A stretch of DNA of 64,000 nucleotides from Phycisphaerales bacterium. Lineage in GTDB: Bacteria; Planctomycetota; Phycisphaerae; WQYP01. The position numbers were made by a program, and so were the translations under genes. The stretch lies in assembly GCA_027451365.1 (NCBI GenBank), contig DAIDJN010000058.1:32001-96000 (forward strand), read 5' to 3'. Below are positions 10,085 through 19,871 of the stretch, in pieces. Below the pieces are notes generated by a model, which was given only the letters and a program-made list of their open reading frames with translations, was not told the origin of the DNA and ran no database searches. The first letter of the stretch is position 1; the number at the start of each line of letters is the position of its first letter.

Positions 10085-11263
10085 ATGGGTAATCGTAGCT
10101 CCATTGTCATGTCTTTGCGGTGGTCGGAAGCGCTTAAAGCGATTGAACGCGGTGCCTGCCGCGTGGACCGGACAGGGCGCTGGCCCGCCAAAAATATCCG
10201 CATACTGCATGCCGCCGGGGCTTCGGGCTGGTCGATTCCGCGCCGCTTCGGCGGGCGTCCGCTTAATGCCTTGGCTCTGCATCGACGGTATGAACAGCTT
10301 GCCGCGGTCTGTCTGGCATCCGCTCTGATACTGACGCAACGGGATGCGGCCCTGGAATTTCTTGCCTGCGTTACAGGAAACGCCCTGGCCGAAAAGCTTC
10401 AACGACGGGCTGCGGCCAATCGGATTTTCCTCACCATCGGAATAGCTCAACTGACCACTTCCGGTCAGCATGGTTTGCCGCGTGTGACGGCCCGGCGACG
10501 TTCCGGTGGCTGGATTATTTCCGGGGTTATACCGTGGGCCACCGGCGCGCATCATGCGGACTGGATTGTTGCAGGGGCGACTGTCGCTGATGACGATTGC
10601 AAATCGATGGGCATATCGGGCGGACAACTGCTTTTTCTGCTTTCCACCCGGCGGCGCGGTGTTACCGTTTTGCCAACCGATAAACTTTCCACGCTTAACG
10701 CCACGGACACCGCGGCCGTCCGGCTGAAGGGCGTAAGGGTTCTGGATGAAGAAATTCTGGCCGGGCCGGACTCGAATGTGCTTTCCGTTCGCCAGAGGCA
10801 AAAACGTTTCAGTCTGAATACCTGTATACTTCCACTGGGTGTGGCGGGCGGTGCGCTGGCTATGGCAAGTGAACTTGCGGTGGGCCGGTCAGTGGAAAGC
10901 CGACGGGCGGTGGATCAATTGAATCGGAGGTTTGGCGAACTGCGATCCGCGGTTTACGCCGTTGGCATGGGGCGCCATAGTGCGGGGCCTGATTCAACAT
11001 CTCTGGCGGTGGAATCGGATTCGCGTCCGGCATCCGCATCAGATAAGACCGGTCTGCGGGCTGCGGCGAACGTGCTATGCAGTCAGGCGGCGCTGGCCGC
11101 ACTGGAACTGGCGAAGGGCCGGGGCCTGTCGTTGCACCATGCGGCCCAAAGGCGCGCTCGGGAAAGTCATTTCTTTTTTGTGTGGTCCAGCCCGCCCGCG
11201 GTGATTGACCAGACGCTCGCGATGCTGGCTGGAATAACCGGAACCAGTGACCAGCCATCATGA
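10085..11263 (+). CDS. Acyl-CoA dehydrogenase-like flavoprotein
   Basis: SIPRRFGG, GIAQLTTS, ISGVIPWATGA, AKGRG...H.AQRRARE; start uncertain. Confidence 0.75.
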   Translation: MGNRSSIVMSLRWSEALKAIERGACRVDRTGRWPAKNIRILHAAGASGWSIPRRFGGRPLNALALHRRYEQLAAVCLASALILTQRDAALEFLACVTGNALAEKLQRRAAANRIFLTIGIAQLTTSGQHGLPRVTARRRSGGWIISGVIPWATGAHHADWIVAGATVADDDCKSMGISGGQLLFLLSTRRRGVTVLPTDKLSTLNATDTAAVRLKGVRVLDEEILAGPDSNVLSVRQRQKRFSLNTCILPLGVAGGALAMASELAVGRSVESRRAVDQLNRRFGELRSAVYAVGMGRHSAGPDSTSLAVESDSRPASASDKTGLRAAANVLCSQAALAALELAKGRGLSLHHAAQRRARESHFFFVWSSPPAVIDQTLAMLAGITGTSDQPS

Positions 11264-11327
11264 CGTGTTCCTGATGTGGTCATGATTTTCACACAGGCGG
11301 TTCCGCCGTCGGCAGGCTAAGAATTCC

Positions 11328-14300
11328 TTATCGGAATGTGCTCATGATCTGGCTGGAAAGGTTGACGGTTCGGGCGGTTTGGCGGAAGCGGCTGTCGGAT
11401 TTACCGGCGGCGATCGCGCTTTGAATCTCCTTGACTCTGGCCACGGCGGCTTCCTGTTTGGGATAGCGCACTTCGCGATACCCGGTAACACTTTCGGGTG
11501 CCTTCAGGATATCCAGCCACAAGTTGTAGAGCCACGGTTCATGGAGTTCACAGGTGTCCACCAGGCGGATATACCAGTCGCGGAAGGCCTTTTCTTTTGT
11601 GTGCCAGGCGGGCAGGAGCGATCGCAGGAAACGGCAATGCCGCAAAATGCGCATCTGCCAGTCGTGCCCTTTAAGGTGGAATCGCACCTTGAAGCCGGCA
11701 ACGTCAAATTCTGGTCTATTCAAATGCAGATATTTAATTTTATCGCCATTAGCCGGATTCACATTGAAGCGGCGACGGTCGCGTTTGTACTTTTCCGGGC
11801 TGGTGTACATCATCGCCACGTAAACTTCATCCTTGATCATCATCACTTTGGCCAGGTTCCATATGACGGCTCGCGTCACGGCGAAGTTGCGTCCCGCGTT
11901 GTCCTGCTGAAAGGTTTTAACAACGCGAGCCGCGTAGGACCGGCCATAGGGCAGCGTGCCCCATTGAATGGCGTCAAACAGGCGGATGACAAAATCACGC
12001 CGGGCGGGTTCGTCAAGGTCGCGCATCGCGGCCAGCGAATCACGGCAGATATGCCGATATTGCCGCGCGTTTCCCGCGCCCCAAATGGAACTGACCTTAA
12101 GAATGTTGGCCTTGCGTTCCATGGCCTGATCGACCGTTTCTATTTCATGCGCGGCGGCAACACCGAAAAGGTCGGGCCGAAGCACAATTTTTCGTCCAAT
12201 GTTAAATGCGCGGTAATTGCGTTCAAATTCGCGGCGCACCGCGTGCCGGATGGCCCAGGTGATGCTTTTGTATGAGACCGGAATGAATCCAAGCTGATAG
12301 GCGACTCCCAGCATCATGATGTTGGCATAAAGTTTGGAATCCAGCAGGCGCTCGCACAAATCACCCACGTTGAAACTGAAGAACTGTCCGGGCATGCACT
12401 GCCCGCGTATGGCCTCAGCCAGTGCCTCGGGCGAAAAATCTTCGCGACCCAGCAGAGTCAGAATGGTTGGCGTTTTGCCGATGTTGATCACCGCACGGGT
12501 GTGCTTCGGCGAAGCGACGCGTAAATTATCATTTGGTGATATCGCCCGTGCGGCCTCCAGAGCATCAATTCCAATCAGCAGGTCCGCTTTGCCGAACGGT
12601 GTAATGGCCGATCCCTGCACCGGAGTGCGCGAAAACAGCAGTTGACTGAATACGCCACCGTTGCGGATGGCCAGTCCCTTCTTATCCACAAAGGCAATCT
12701 GATACCCTTCCTTGTGGCCGGCTCGTACCAGAATTTCTCCGGCTACACCGATTCCCATGCCGCCAACGCCCGCCATGTAGCAACGCCACTGATCGCTCAT
12801 TTTCAGCGGCGGCGGTTCGGGCATGCCGGTCAGGTCCACTACTTCATCGGGCATCCGGGGCGGGCGGCTGCGCGTCACGATGACTTGCTCAAAGCTCGGG
12901 CAGGCATGAATACGAGAGCAGGCTCCGTCATTGACGCACGTGGTAAAGTCGGTCTGAATTTTGGGACCGTAATCCGTCTGGGCCACTTTCAGCGCCGGGC
13001 AGCCGGTCTGGTTGGTGCATTCCAGACAGTATTCGCACACTTCCTCGGTGACGTTCATGAAGGTTTTCTGGCGTAAAAATCCCTGTTCCTTCTTTTCTGT
13101 CACTTCGGCGCGGTGCCGTCGCCGATGGAATGTAATACCACATTCCTTGTCTGCAACCACTACTTTTACGCCATCCTGCAGAAGGATGCGTTCGAGCATA
13201 TCGCGGTAGGTGTCCCGATCGGCCGGATTCATTCGGAACACACGCGGCTGCGGCTCGTTGCGGCCTTCTTTGCCGCGGAAGCGCAGCGGCCCGGCGGCGT
13301 CAGGAATCATAGAGCGTACAATCCGTTCTATGTCGTGTGAAAGAGCCTGATGTCCCAGGATGTCCTTTTCCTGTGTTGGGTTGGTCTGATGGCCGGTCAT
13401 GGCCGTGGTACCATTTTGCAGGATAATGTAGGTAATATCCTGTCCCTGATTAATGGAATTGGCGATGGCCAGTTGACCTGAATGGAAAAAGGTGCCATCT
13501 CCCATGAATACGATCTGTTTGTTGGTAATAAATGGGTCCACACCGCCGCCAGTGGCACCGCCGAGCCCCATGCCGCTGTAATTGTGCATTAGCGGTTTGT
13601 TGGGTTCAAACATCATCATCGTGTAGCAGCCGGTGTCACCATGGGCCACAAGGTCAATAGGTCCTTTGCCGTAACGCTGCTGCATATAGTGCGGATCCAT
13701 CATGTCCTTGCGGATTTCGAGCAGAGCGCTGGAAGAATCACGATGCGGACAACCTGGGCAATAGGCCGGCGTGCGCACCGCGACATCCCCCGGCGCGTTG
13801 TTGGCCATGGCGATGGTAGAAAGCTCTTCAGAAAGTCGTCCGTTGGACAATTCATGGGGAATATTGGGTGTATCGCGTAAAAAGCGTGTCAGAATTTCAA
13901 TAAGCATGGAAGGATGCAGGCCGCGGGTGGATGGAATGCCGGGCCGGTCGCCGGGGAATGTTTTGCCCCATACCTGCACATTTGCATTGGGAAGGTCCGG
14001 ATGCAATTGCCGCTGCAGGGCAATATGTTCCGAAACCTGCTTTTCAATAAAGCTGCGACGTTCTTCCACGACCACAATTCGTTCGCACATGCCGGCAAGC
14101 TCATCGACAAGTTTCGTATCAATGGGATAGCTTATCGCAAGCTTGAGAATTGGAAACGTGGCCGAGAGCCCCATTTCGTGCAACGCGTGAACCAGGAATG
14201 TATGCGACATGCCGGATGATATAAAGCCGACCGGACATTTTTCACTGCGTCCGCCGCGCCAGGTGCGTTCGGTCGGGTTAATGATTCTGGAAAGCCCCAA

Positions 14301-15038
14301 CTGCCGGCTGCGTTCAAGGAGGGCGGTGAACCTGTCGGCAAAGGTTAATTCCTGTCGCCAGCTTCGCGGGGGAAGCAGAACGGTGTTCTCCACCGGAATT
14401 TTGCCGGTTTCAATAGCAATGCGATCGCGCGTGGAAATAACCGGCCAGTGGTTTTCCCGACAGGTTACCGTACCGCCACCGTCGGCCAGCGCTACGGTAA
14501 CCATCATTCCCATGTAAAGTTTGGAAGCGGCGGAAAGGTCGAAGGCGTGGGCGACCCAGTCCTTTAATTCCTGCGGATTGGCAGGTTCAATAACCGGAAC
14601 ACGCAGATGTTCAAAAAGAAAGCGCGAGTCTGCGGGGACCTGGGTTGAATCACTCCAGGGGTCGTCCCCGCTGACGACCAAAGCTCCACCCGCCGGATGA
14701 GGCACGCCCGCCAGGTTTCCCAATGCCAGCGCGTCGGATGCAACATGCAGGCCGACGGATTTGAAAACTGCAATTCCCTTTACACCCACCATTTGTGCGC
14801 CATTAAGCATCGCGACGCTGATGGCTTCGTTATTCGCCATTTTGGCGCAAACGCCTTTGCTGTCCAGTAATTCTCCGATATCGCCACAAGTATCAAAAAA
14901 GCCGGCCAATGGCGATCCAGGGTACCCGGTCAGCAGCGCGACGCCACCGGGAGTTTCCAGACAGCCCTTTACCAGCAATTCTGAGCCGCCGAATATTTCG
15001 GTACCGCTTTGGACGACGAACCGAGGGTCTATCTTCAT
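11328..15038 (-). CDS. Fused indolepyruvate ferredoxin oxidoreductase family protein (alpha+beta)
   Basis: TGYPGSP, NE, FKSVGL, YCPGCPH, GDTGC, GDGTFFHSG...NGTTAMTG, CEYCLEC..CP, GVGGMG, KDE.YVA. Confidence 0.9.
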   Translation of the reverse strand: MKIDPRFVVQSGTEIFGGSELLVKGCLETPGGVALLTGYPGSPLAGFFDTCGDIGELLDSKGVCAKMANNEAISVAMLNGAQMVGVKGIAVFKSVGLHVASDALALGNLAGVPHPAGGALVVSGDDPWSDSTQVPADSRFLFEHLRVPVIEPANPQELKDWVAHAFDLSAASKLYMGMMVTVALADGGGTVTCRENHWPVISTRDRIAIETGKIPVENTVLLPPRSWRQELTFADRFTALLERSRQLGLSRIINPTERTWRGGRSEKCPVGFISSGMSHTFLVHALHEMGLSATFPILKLAISYPIDTKLVDELAGMCERIVVVEERRSFIEKQVSEHIALQRQLHPDLPNANVQVWGKTFPGDRPGIPSTRGLHPSMLIEILTRFLRDTPNIPHELSNGRLSEELSTIAMANNAPGDVAVRTPAYCPGCPHRDSSSALLEIRKDMMDPHYMQQRYGKGPIDLVAHGDTGCYTMMMFEPNKPLMHNYSGMGLGGATGGGVDPFITNKQIVFMGDGTFFHSGQLAIANSINQGQDITYIILQNGTTAMTGHQTNPTQEKDILGHQALSHDIERIVRSMIPDAAGPLRFRGKEGRNEPQPRVFRMNPADRDTYRDMLERILLQDGVKVVVADKECGITFHRRRHRAEVTEKKEQGFLRQKTFMNVTEEVCEYCLECTNQTGCPALKVAQTDYGPKIQTDFTTCVNDGACSRIHACPSFEQVIVTRSRPPRMPDEVVDLTGMPEPPPLKMSDQWRCYMAGVGGMGIGVAGEILVRAGHKEGYQIAFVDKKGLAIRNGGVFSQLLFSRTPVQGSAITPFGKADLLIGIDALEAARAISPNDNLRVASPKHTRAVINIGKTPTILTLLGREDFSPEALAEAIRGQCMPGQFFSFNVGDLCERLLDSKLYANIMMLGVAYQLGFIPVSYKSITWAIRHAVRREFERNYRAFNIGRKIVLRPDLFGVAAAHEIETVDQAMERKANILKVSSIWGAGNARQYRHICRDSLAAMRDLDEPARRDFVIRLFDAIQWGTLPYGRSYAARVVKTFQQDNAGRNFAVTRAVIWNLAKVMMIKDEVYVAMMYTSPEKYKRDRRRFNVNPANGDKIKYLHLNRPEFDVAGFKVRFHLKGHDWQMRILRHCRFLRSLLPAWHTKEKAFRDWYIRLVDTCELHEPWLYNLWLDILKAPESVTGYREVRYPKQEAAVARVKEIQSAIAAGKSDSRFRQTARTVNLSSQIMSTFR

Positions 15039-15453
15039 GCTATTTTTCCGTATGCTGATACCATTTTAGCAGGTCACACTGGCATCTGCTAAGTCTTTCA
15101 TATTTAAAGACTTGCACGCGCCATCAACGCTGCGCTTTTACGCTCGGCGCGACACCGGAGGCCAACCTGGTGAAGCGGGCCGCAGCGCTCACCTGTGCGG
15201 CTAAACACACCTGGCGCTGCGGAAAATGTTGCTGCTGTTGCGCGTGCTTGTTTTCGCCACATGCCGCAGCCGCCGGAGCGTCCTGTAATCGACGATCCGC
15301 GTCGTTCACCACAGTCAGCATTATAACAGCAGCCAGCCTGTAAAACCATGGAATTACAGGACCGATAGACCCGGTGGCGGCTATGCCGGCACGGGGCCGC
15401 TTACCGGACGCGGGCACTGGTTTGTATCCACCGCGCAACCGCCGTTTCGCCAG

Positions 15454-17913
15454 TTATGGCAATTGGACACTGCGGCAGTCAAAAAGGCCGCCGGCGAAAT
15501 TGCCGGCTTCTGCCTGCAATCGAACAGAAATTTTTGTTTTGCCATGCGTCAGGCTGGGCGGAATATCGTAAATAATCGTATGCAGGTGGCCAGGATCAAT
15601 GTTATTAAGCTGCTGTGTGGCGATGACTTTTCCATCCACCAAAATGTGGAAGGTTCTTCCCCCGCTGTCGCTGCCCCACCAGGTGCATGCCAGTGCCATG
15701 GGCGAATCGGGTAGTACCTTCAGGTTAAAGGTAAAGCCGCCGCCGTTGTGGGCGTCAATCCAATGGCCGGCCGGTGCGATTCCCTGGTCCACATTCACTT
15801 CGTTTCGCAACTGATGTTCCGCCAGGGATGCCGCATCTCCGATAACCAGCCGGTCAATAGTGTGCTGGCGCACAAGGCGATCCGCTTTACGTTGTAAACT
15901 CTCCAGACGCTTTTCCCGCATCCACTGGGCGGGAGTTACCGGGTTAAAGTAAACCAGGTAGCGCTCATGGGCCACTTTATAAAACGGGACCAGTTTCAAT
16001 TCGTTTGGTCGGCCAACGCCATGGGTATGCCACACTTGGGGCAATTCCGGATCCGGCTTCACCCATTGATCCACCGGAGTTTCATTGACGAGCAGTTGCG
16101 GAATGACGGTCGGGTCAGGCACATTCGCCCATTCATACTGATTTCCATTGGCATAGGGCACTGGCGGAAGCATCAGATCGTTGCCCAGCGTGGCTGCCAG
16201 CACCGTCGGTCCCGCAAGGATGGCGAAAGTGGAGGGATGATGGGCCATTTTTTCAACTCGCAGTGGCATTTTGAGTTCAATCTGCAACTGGTCGCCGTTG
16301 GACCACGTGCGGTTCAAATCCAGGTAGGTGCCGGGCTTGCCTGCATCAATCGGCTGGCCATTCAGGCGTATGTCCATCGCCGGTGTGGACCAGTAAGGGT
16401 GCCGGAGTTTAATAAGCGCGGCTGTTGGCTTTGCACAGGTAAAGTTAATGCGTACGGTGCCTTCGTCCGGAAAGCGGGTGGTCTGGCGGATTTTTATGCC
16501 GGCGGCTTTCCAGTTGAGTTCGGAAGCCATAAAAAGGTTAATCCATAGTGTCTGGCCACTGTGGTAATACACGCCGCGGGAATATTTGGCATGGTTTTCC
16601 ATACCGGTGCTCATGCAGCACCAGCAAGAATCCCAGGGAGTGTTAAAAGTTTTGAAATGGCCCGGCCGCATGGAAAGGTAATATGTCATCATACCGGTGG
16701 CCGGATCTTGGGAGCCAAGAATATGGTTGACCAGGGCGCGTTCAAAAAAGTCCGCCGCTTCCATGGTGGCGTTCCAACTGAAGTAATGCTCGGTAAGTTT
16801 CAGCATGTTGTAGGTGCAGCAGGTTTCCGCCGATCCGACACTGAGTTGTTGCCACGCATCGCCTAAGGGAAAAAAATATTCGTGGTTGCTGTTTCCGCCA
16901 AACACGTAAGAGCGGTGGCGTACGACATTCTGCCAGAAGAATTCCGAACCAATGCGGTATTTATCTCCGCCGCCCAGTTCGTATTGCCGCGCAATGCCGA
17001 TGACGCGTGGAATATATTGGTTGGAGTGGCATCCGGTGAGTATGTCCATTTTGTGCATCAGCGGGTCGAGTTGGGATTTTTCGTTAAAAGCTTCGGCTAC
17101 AGCCAAATATTTGCGTTTACCGGTTATGCTGTAGACATCCGCGAGCACTTCGTTCATGCCGCCCTGTTCACTGATAAGCATGGTTTGCATTTGGGCTGGG
17201 GTAAGTTTGGCCGGGTACTGAGCGCACCAGTCCGCCATGCCAATCAGTATGTCTCTGGCCTTTTTTCGGCCAACATGAAGCCACACATCGCGCAATCCAG
17301 CCATAATTTTATGAATGGAATACCAAGGCGACCACATTCCATTGAGTGAAAACGAAAAGAGGGCTTTTGGGTCGCCCACATTAATGTTTCCAGACAGAGC
17401 CAGCTTGAAGGCGGCGATGCTGCCCGGCAACCCCGCGCAATAGCCACGGAATTGCGCGTCTTGCCGGCCATTGGCCTTCTGGCATTCGGCCAGCCGGGGC
17501 AGGATATAATCAATCTTTTCCAGCAGACGATCATCGCGGGTGTGGGCATACATCATGGCGCATGCGGAAAGATAGTGGCCGCATATGGTGCCGCCCTGCC
17601 CGCCGCTATCCCATCCGCCAAGTGTAGGAGCTTTCGGCGGAATGCCTGCAACTTTCTGGAACGATGCCAGAAGTCTGTTGCAGTCATAAGCCAGCAGATA
17701 ATCCAAATCCCGAGTCATGTTTTCATAAAATGGTCCTGCCAGAATTTTCACATCAGCCAGATCAAAGGAGCGGGCTTTCACGCCGTTGCCGGACACGGCG
17801 TAGCCTGGCTGCTTACCCTGCGGAATCGTTGCCTGGGTGGCGCGTTGTGTAGCAGCTATAACTGTACCGACTGCCGCGCTTGCGATGAGCGATCTTCGAG
17901 ATATATTTGCCAT
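15454..17913 (-). CDS. Tat-exported GH127/GH146-type beta-L-arabinofuranosidase-like hydrolase
   Basis: ISRRSLI twin-arginine signal; GHYLSA, PWYSIHKI, EQGGMNE, HSN, ETCCTYNMLK, CWCC..TGMENH. Confidence 0.88.
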   Translation of the reverse strand: MANISRRSLIASAAVGTVIAATQRATQATIPQGKQPGYAVSGNGVKARSFDLADVKILAGPFYENMTRDLDYLLAYDCNRLLASFQKVAGIPPKAPTLGGWDSGGQGGTICGHYLSACAMMYAHTRDDRLLEKIDYILPRLAECQKANGRQDAQFRGYCAGLPGSIAAFKLALSGNINVGDPKALFSFSLNGMWSPWYSIHKIMAGLRDVWLHVGRKKARDILIGMADWCAQYPAKLTPAQMQTMLISEQGGMNEVLADVYSITGKRKYLAVAEAFNEKSQLDPLMHKMDILTGCHSNQYIPRVIGIARQYELGGGDKYRIGSEFFWQNVVRHRSYVFGGNSNHEYFFPLGDAWQQLSVGSAETCCTYNMLKLTEHYFSWNATMEAADFFERALVNHILGSQDPATGMMTYYLSMRPGHFKTFNTPWDSCWCCMSTGMENHAKYSRGVYYHSGQTLWINLFMASELNWKAAGIKIRQTTRFPDEGTVRINFTCAKPTAALIKLRHPYWSTPAMDIRLNGQPIDAGKPGTYLDLNRTWSNGDQLQIELKMPLRVEKMAHHPSTFAILAGPTVLAATLGNDLMLPPVPYANGNQYEWANVPDPTVIPQLLVNETPVDQWVKPDPELPQVWHTHGVGRPNELKLVPFYKVAHERYLVYFNPVTPAQWMREKRLESLQRKADRLVRQHTIDRLVIGDAASLAEHQLRNEVNVDQGIAPAGHWIDAHNGGGFTFNLKVLPDSPMALACTWWGSDSGGRTFHILVDGKVIATQQLNNIDPGHLHTIIYDIPPSLTHGKTKISVRLQAEAGNFAGGLFDCRSVQLP

Positions 17914-18072
17914 AGGAAAGTCTCCAACTGCCGCCTTTAATTAAATGAGCATAACAAAATGCCATCCTGAATGCTACGTCTTCTGCCCGCCCTCCGGGTT
18001 CGGCATTGCGCTCAAGTTACAGTCGCAATAGCGCGAAGGCCAGGGTTTGCTGATTGTTGGCGGGAATCTGGA

Positions 18073-19221
18073 TCAATTAACAGTTGAAAATGAGGAAAAG
18101 AAACTGGAGTCCACGATATTAAAGAGAAGAAATGTCAAGAATGGGAGAATAAAAGTAAGCCGCTCAAGTGCAATATTGCTGGCCATGGCCCGCGATGTCA
18201 CTTTCAACGTTTTGAACGCGATTTCCAGATGTTTCTGAACGGTTCGCGAGCTGATTTTTAATTCAGCGGCAATCTGGTCATTGGTTTGGCCCCGTACAAC
18301 ACCCAACAAGGCTTCGGCCTGTCGGGGTGAAAGGCCGAGTGATTCCAGCGGTTTGGCGGATGGCTTGGCGGAGCGGTTCCGCAGCATCAGCAGCCGTTGC
18401 CGGTCGGAAGTAAGCAGCAGCCGAATGTGAAGCCGGTCGGTTTCGCGCTGTATTATCAGAGGCTCTGGGGCCAGCGCGGAATCTGACGCGGCGGGTTTGC
18501 CAGCTCGCAGCCACTCAAGAATTTCCTTGGGCAGCGTGGTGGACCGCTTCTGATGGTCTGGAAAAAAAGCCTTTATCCACTGTTGGGCTTTTTCGGTCAT
18601 TAATTCAATGCGGCAGTTTCCGCGCAAACTTATCACTCCCTCCGGCAGACTTTCCAGCGCCGCCTTGTTGCGACGCAGTCGGCGCGATAATTTTTCAAAT
18701 GTACGGGCGTCTTCAAACGCTCTGGTCAGATAGGGCCTTAAAAGATTAAGAATGTCGCGGTCCCGCTCGGTAAAATCTGAATCCTTGCGATTGAACACAA
18801 GTGCCGCAATAAGCGGACGGCGCGCCGGAAGGGTCATGCTGATTTGATATTCGACGCCCAGCGGGCCGTAGAAATTGTGGTACAGGGCGGTATCGTGAAA
18901 CTGTTCCTGGGTAATAAAATCAGTGATTTTCAAGGCCCGTCCGTCACCAGTCTGTGTGTGATGGCAGATCACCGGATGTTCGTCCATGTATTTTGAAAGC
19001 GCCGCGGCGAGCTTGCGGACGTCATACTTGTCCGGTTCAATAAAACCTCTGGATTCATGGGTCACCGGGTTCACTTCTGTATACGATGTCAGATCGGATT
19101 TGAGCAGTTTTGCCAGACCCGGGATCACCTCGCGGGCCAGATCTGTCCGCGAGCCGGCGCCGCGCATATGTGCCAGAAGGGTCATGATCTCCTGGTAGTC
19201 GGTCGAGGATATATTGTTCAT
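18073..19221 (-). CDS. LuxR-family transcriptional regulator with N-terminal sensory (GAF/PAS-like) region
   Basis: C-terminal LGLSPRQAEAL..V.RGQTN.QIA.ELKIS.RTVQKHLE HTH; DFTERDR.ILNLLRP. Confidence 0.88.
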   Translation of the reverse strand: MNNISSTDYQEIMTLLAHMRGAGSRTDLAREVIPGLAKLLKSDLTSYTEVNPVTHESRGFIEPDKYDVRKLAAALSKYMDEHPVICHHTQTGDGRALKITDFITQEQFHDTALYHNFYGPLGVEYQISMTLPARRPLIAALVFNRKDSDFTERDRDILNLLRPYLTRAFEDARTFEKLSRRLRRNKAALESLPEGVISLRGNCRIELMTEKAQQWIKAFFPDHQKRSTTLPKEILEWLRAGKPAASDSALAPEPLIIQRETDRLHIRLLLTSDRQRLLMLRNRSAKPSAKPLESLGLSPRQAEALLGVVRGQTNDQIAAELKISSRTVQKHLEIAFKTLKVTSRAMASNIALERLTFILPFLTFLLFNIVDSSFFSSFSTVN

Positions 19222-19714
19222 CGAAATATGTCCATTTATGTCATTTCAAGTCAGGTGATTCCGTCGCATCCGCCGTGGATGTTTTTCCAGCGGGCATGAT
19301 TCCGTCGCCTGGAAAGCGATGTGTCATGCCGCTGCCGACTGCATATATATGAACCTAAATCAGTGAAACATCAAGTCGCCGGGGCGGGCCATTCCTTTCT
19401 AAAAATGGCATTCATTTTCGCCTGATCCGCGCAAAAGATCGTTCATTTGGGAATTATTGCGAATTAAGCCGGGTGTGATGTTGGTAGCAAAATGGGGCGG
19501 ATTGTCACGGTGCCGGGGTTCGATATGAAAGTATAAGTGGTGAAAAATAAAAGGGTTATAAATAATCAGGCGGGTTTAAGATGCCGCAGCAATCACACGC
19601 ATAAACGCCGGCGATTGGGCTGAATTGACAGGTTAAATAAATCTATTGTGCTATATATTTTGGCCCAAAATCTCCGATAAAAAGGGCTGCCTTTTATAAC
19701 GATACGCTTTTGTC

Positions 19715-19730
19715 TACGTATATAAGCGTA
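19715..19730. promoter_or_regulatory. TACG-N8-CGTA palindrome abutting a possible -35 (TTGCGG 19731-19736, -10 TATGCT 19753-19758)
   Basis: TACGTATATAAGCGTA between divergent LuxR gene and surface-protein gene; same motif at 37592 and 37643. Confidence 0.45.
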
Positions 19731-19871
19731 TTGCGGCGCGAAAAAGTCTGTTTATGCTTACATTCAATCCCGTCTTAAACGGGAGTGAGATTGTGAGCTT
19801 GGTCGCGGATTCGGTTCCATGTATAGATCCTTTTCCCGGCGACTGGTATGATTTTTCAGGGAGTTGCAGCG

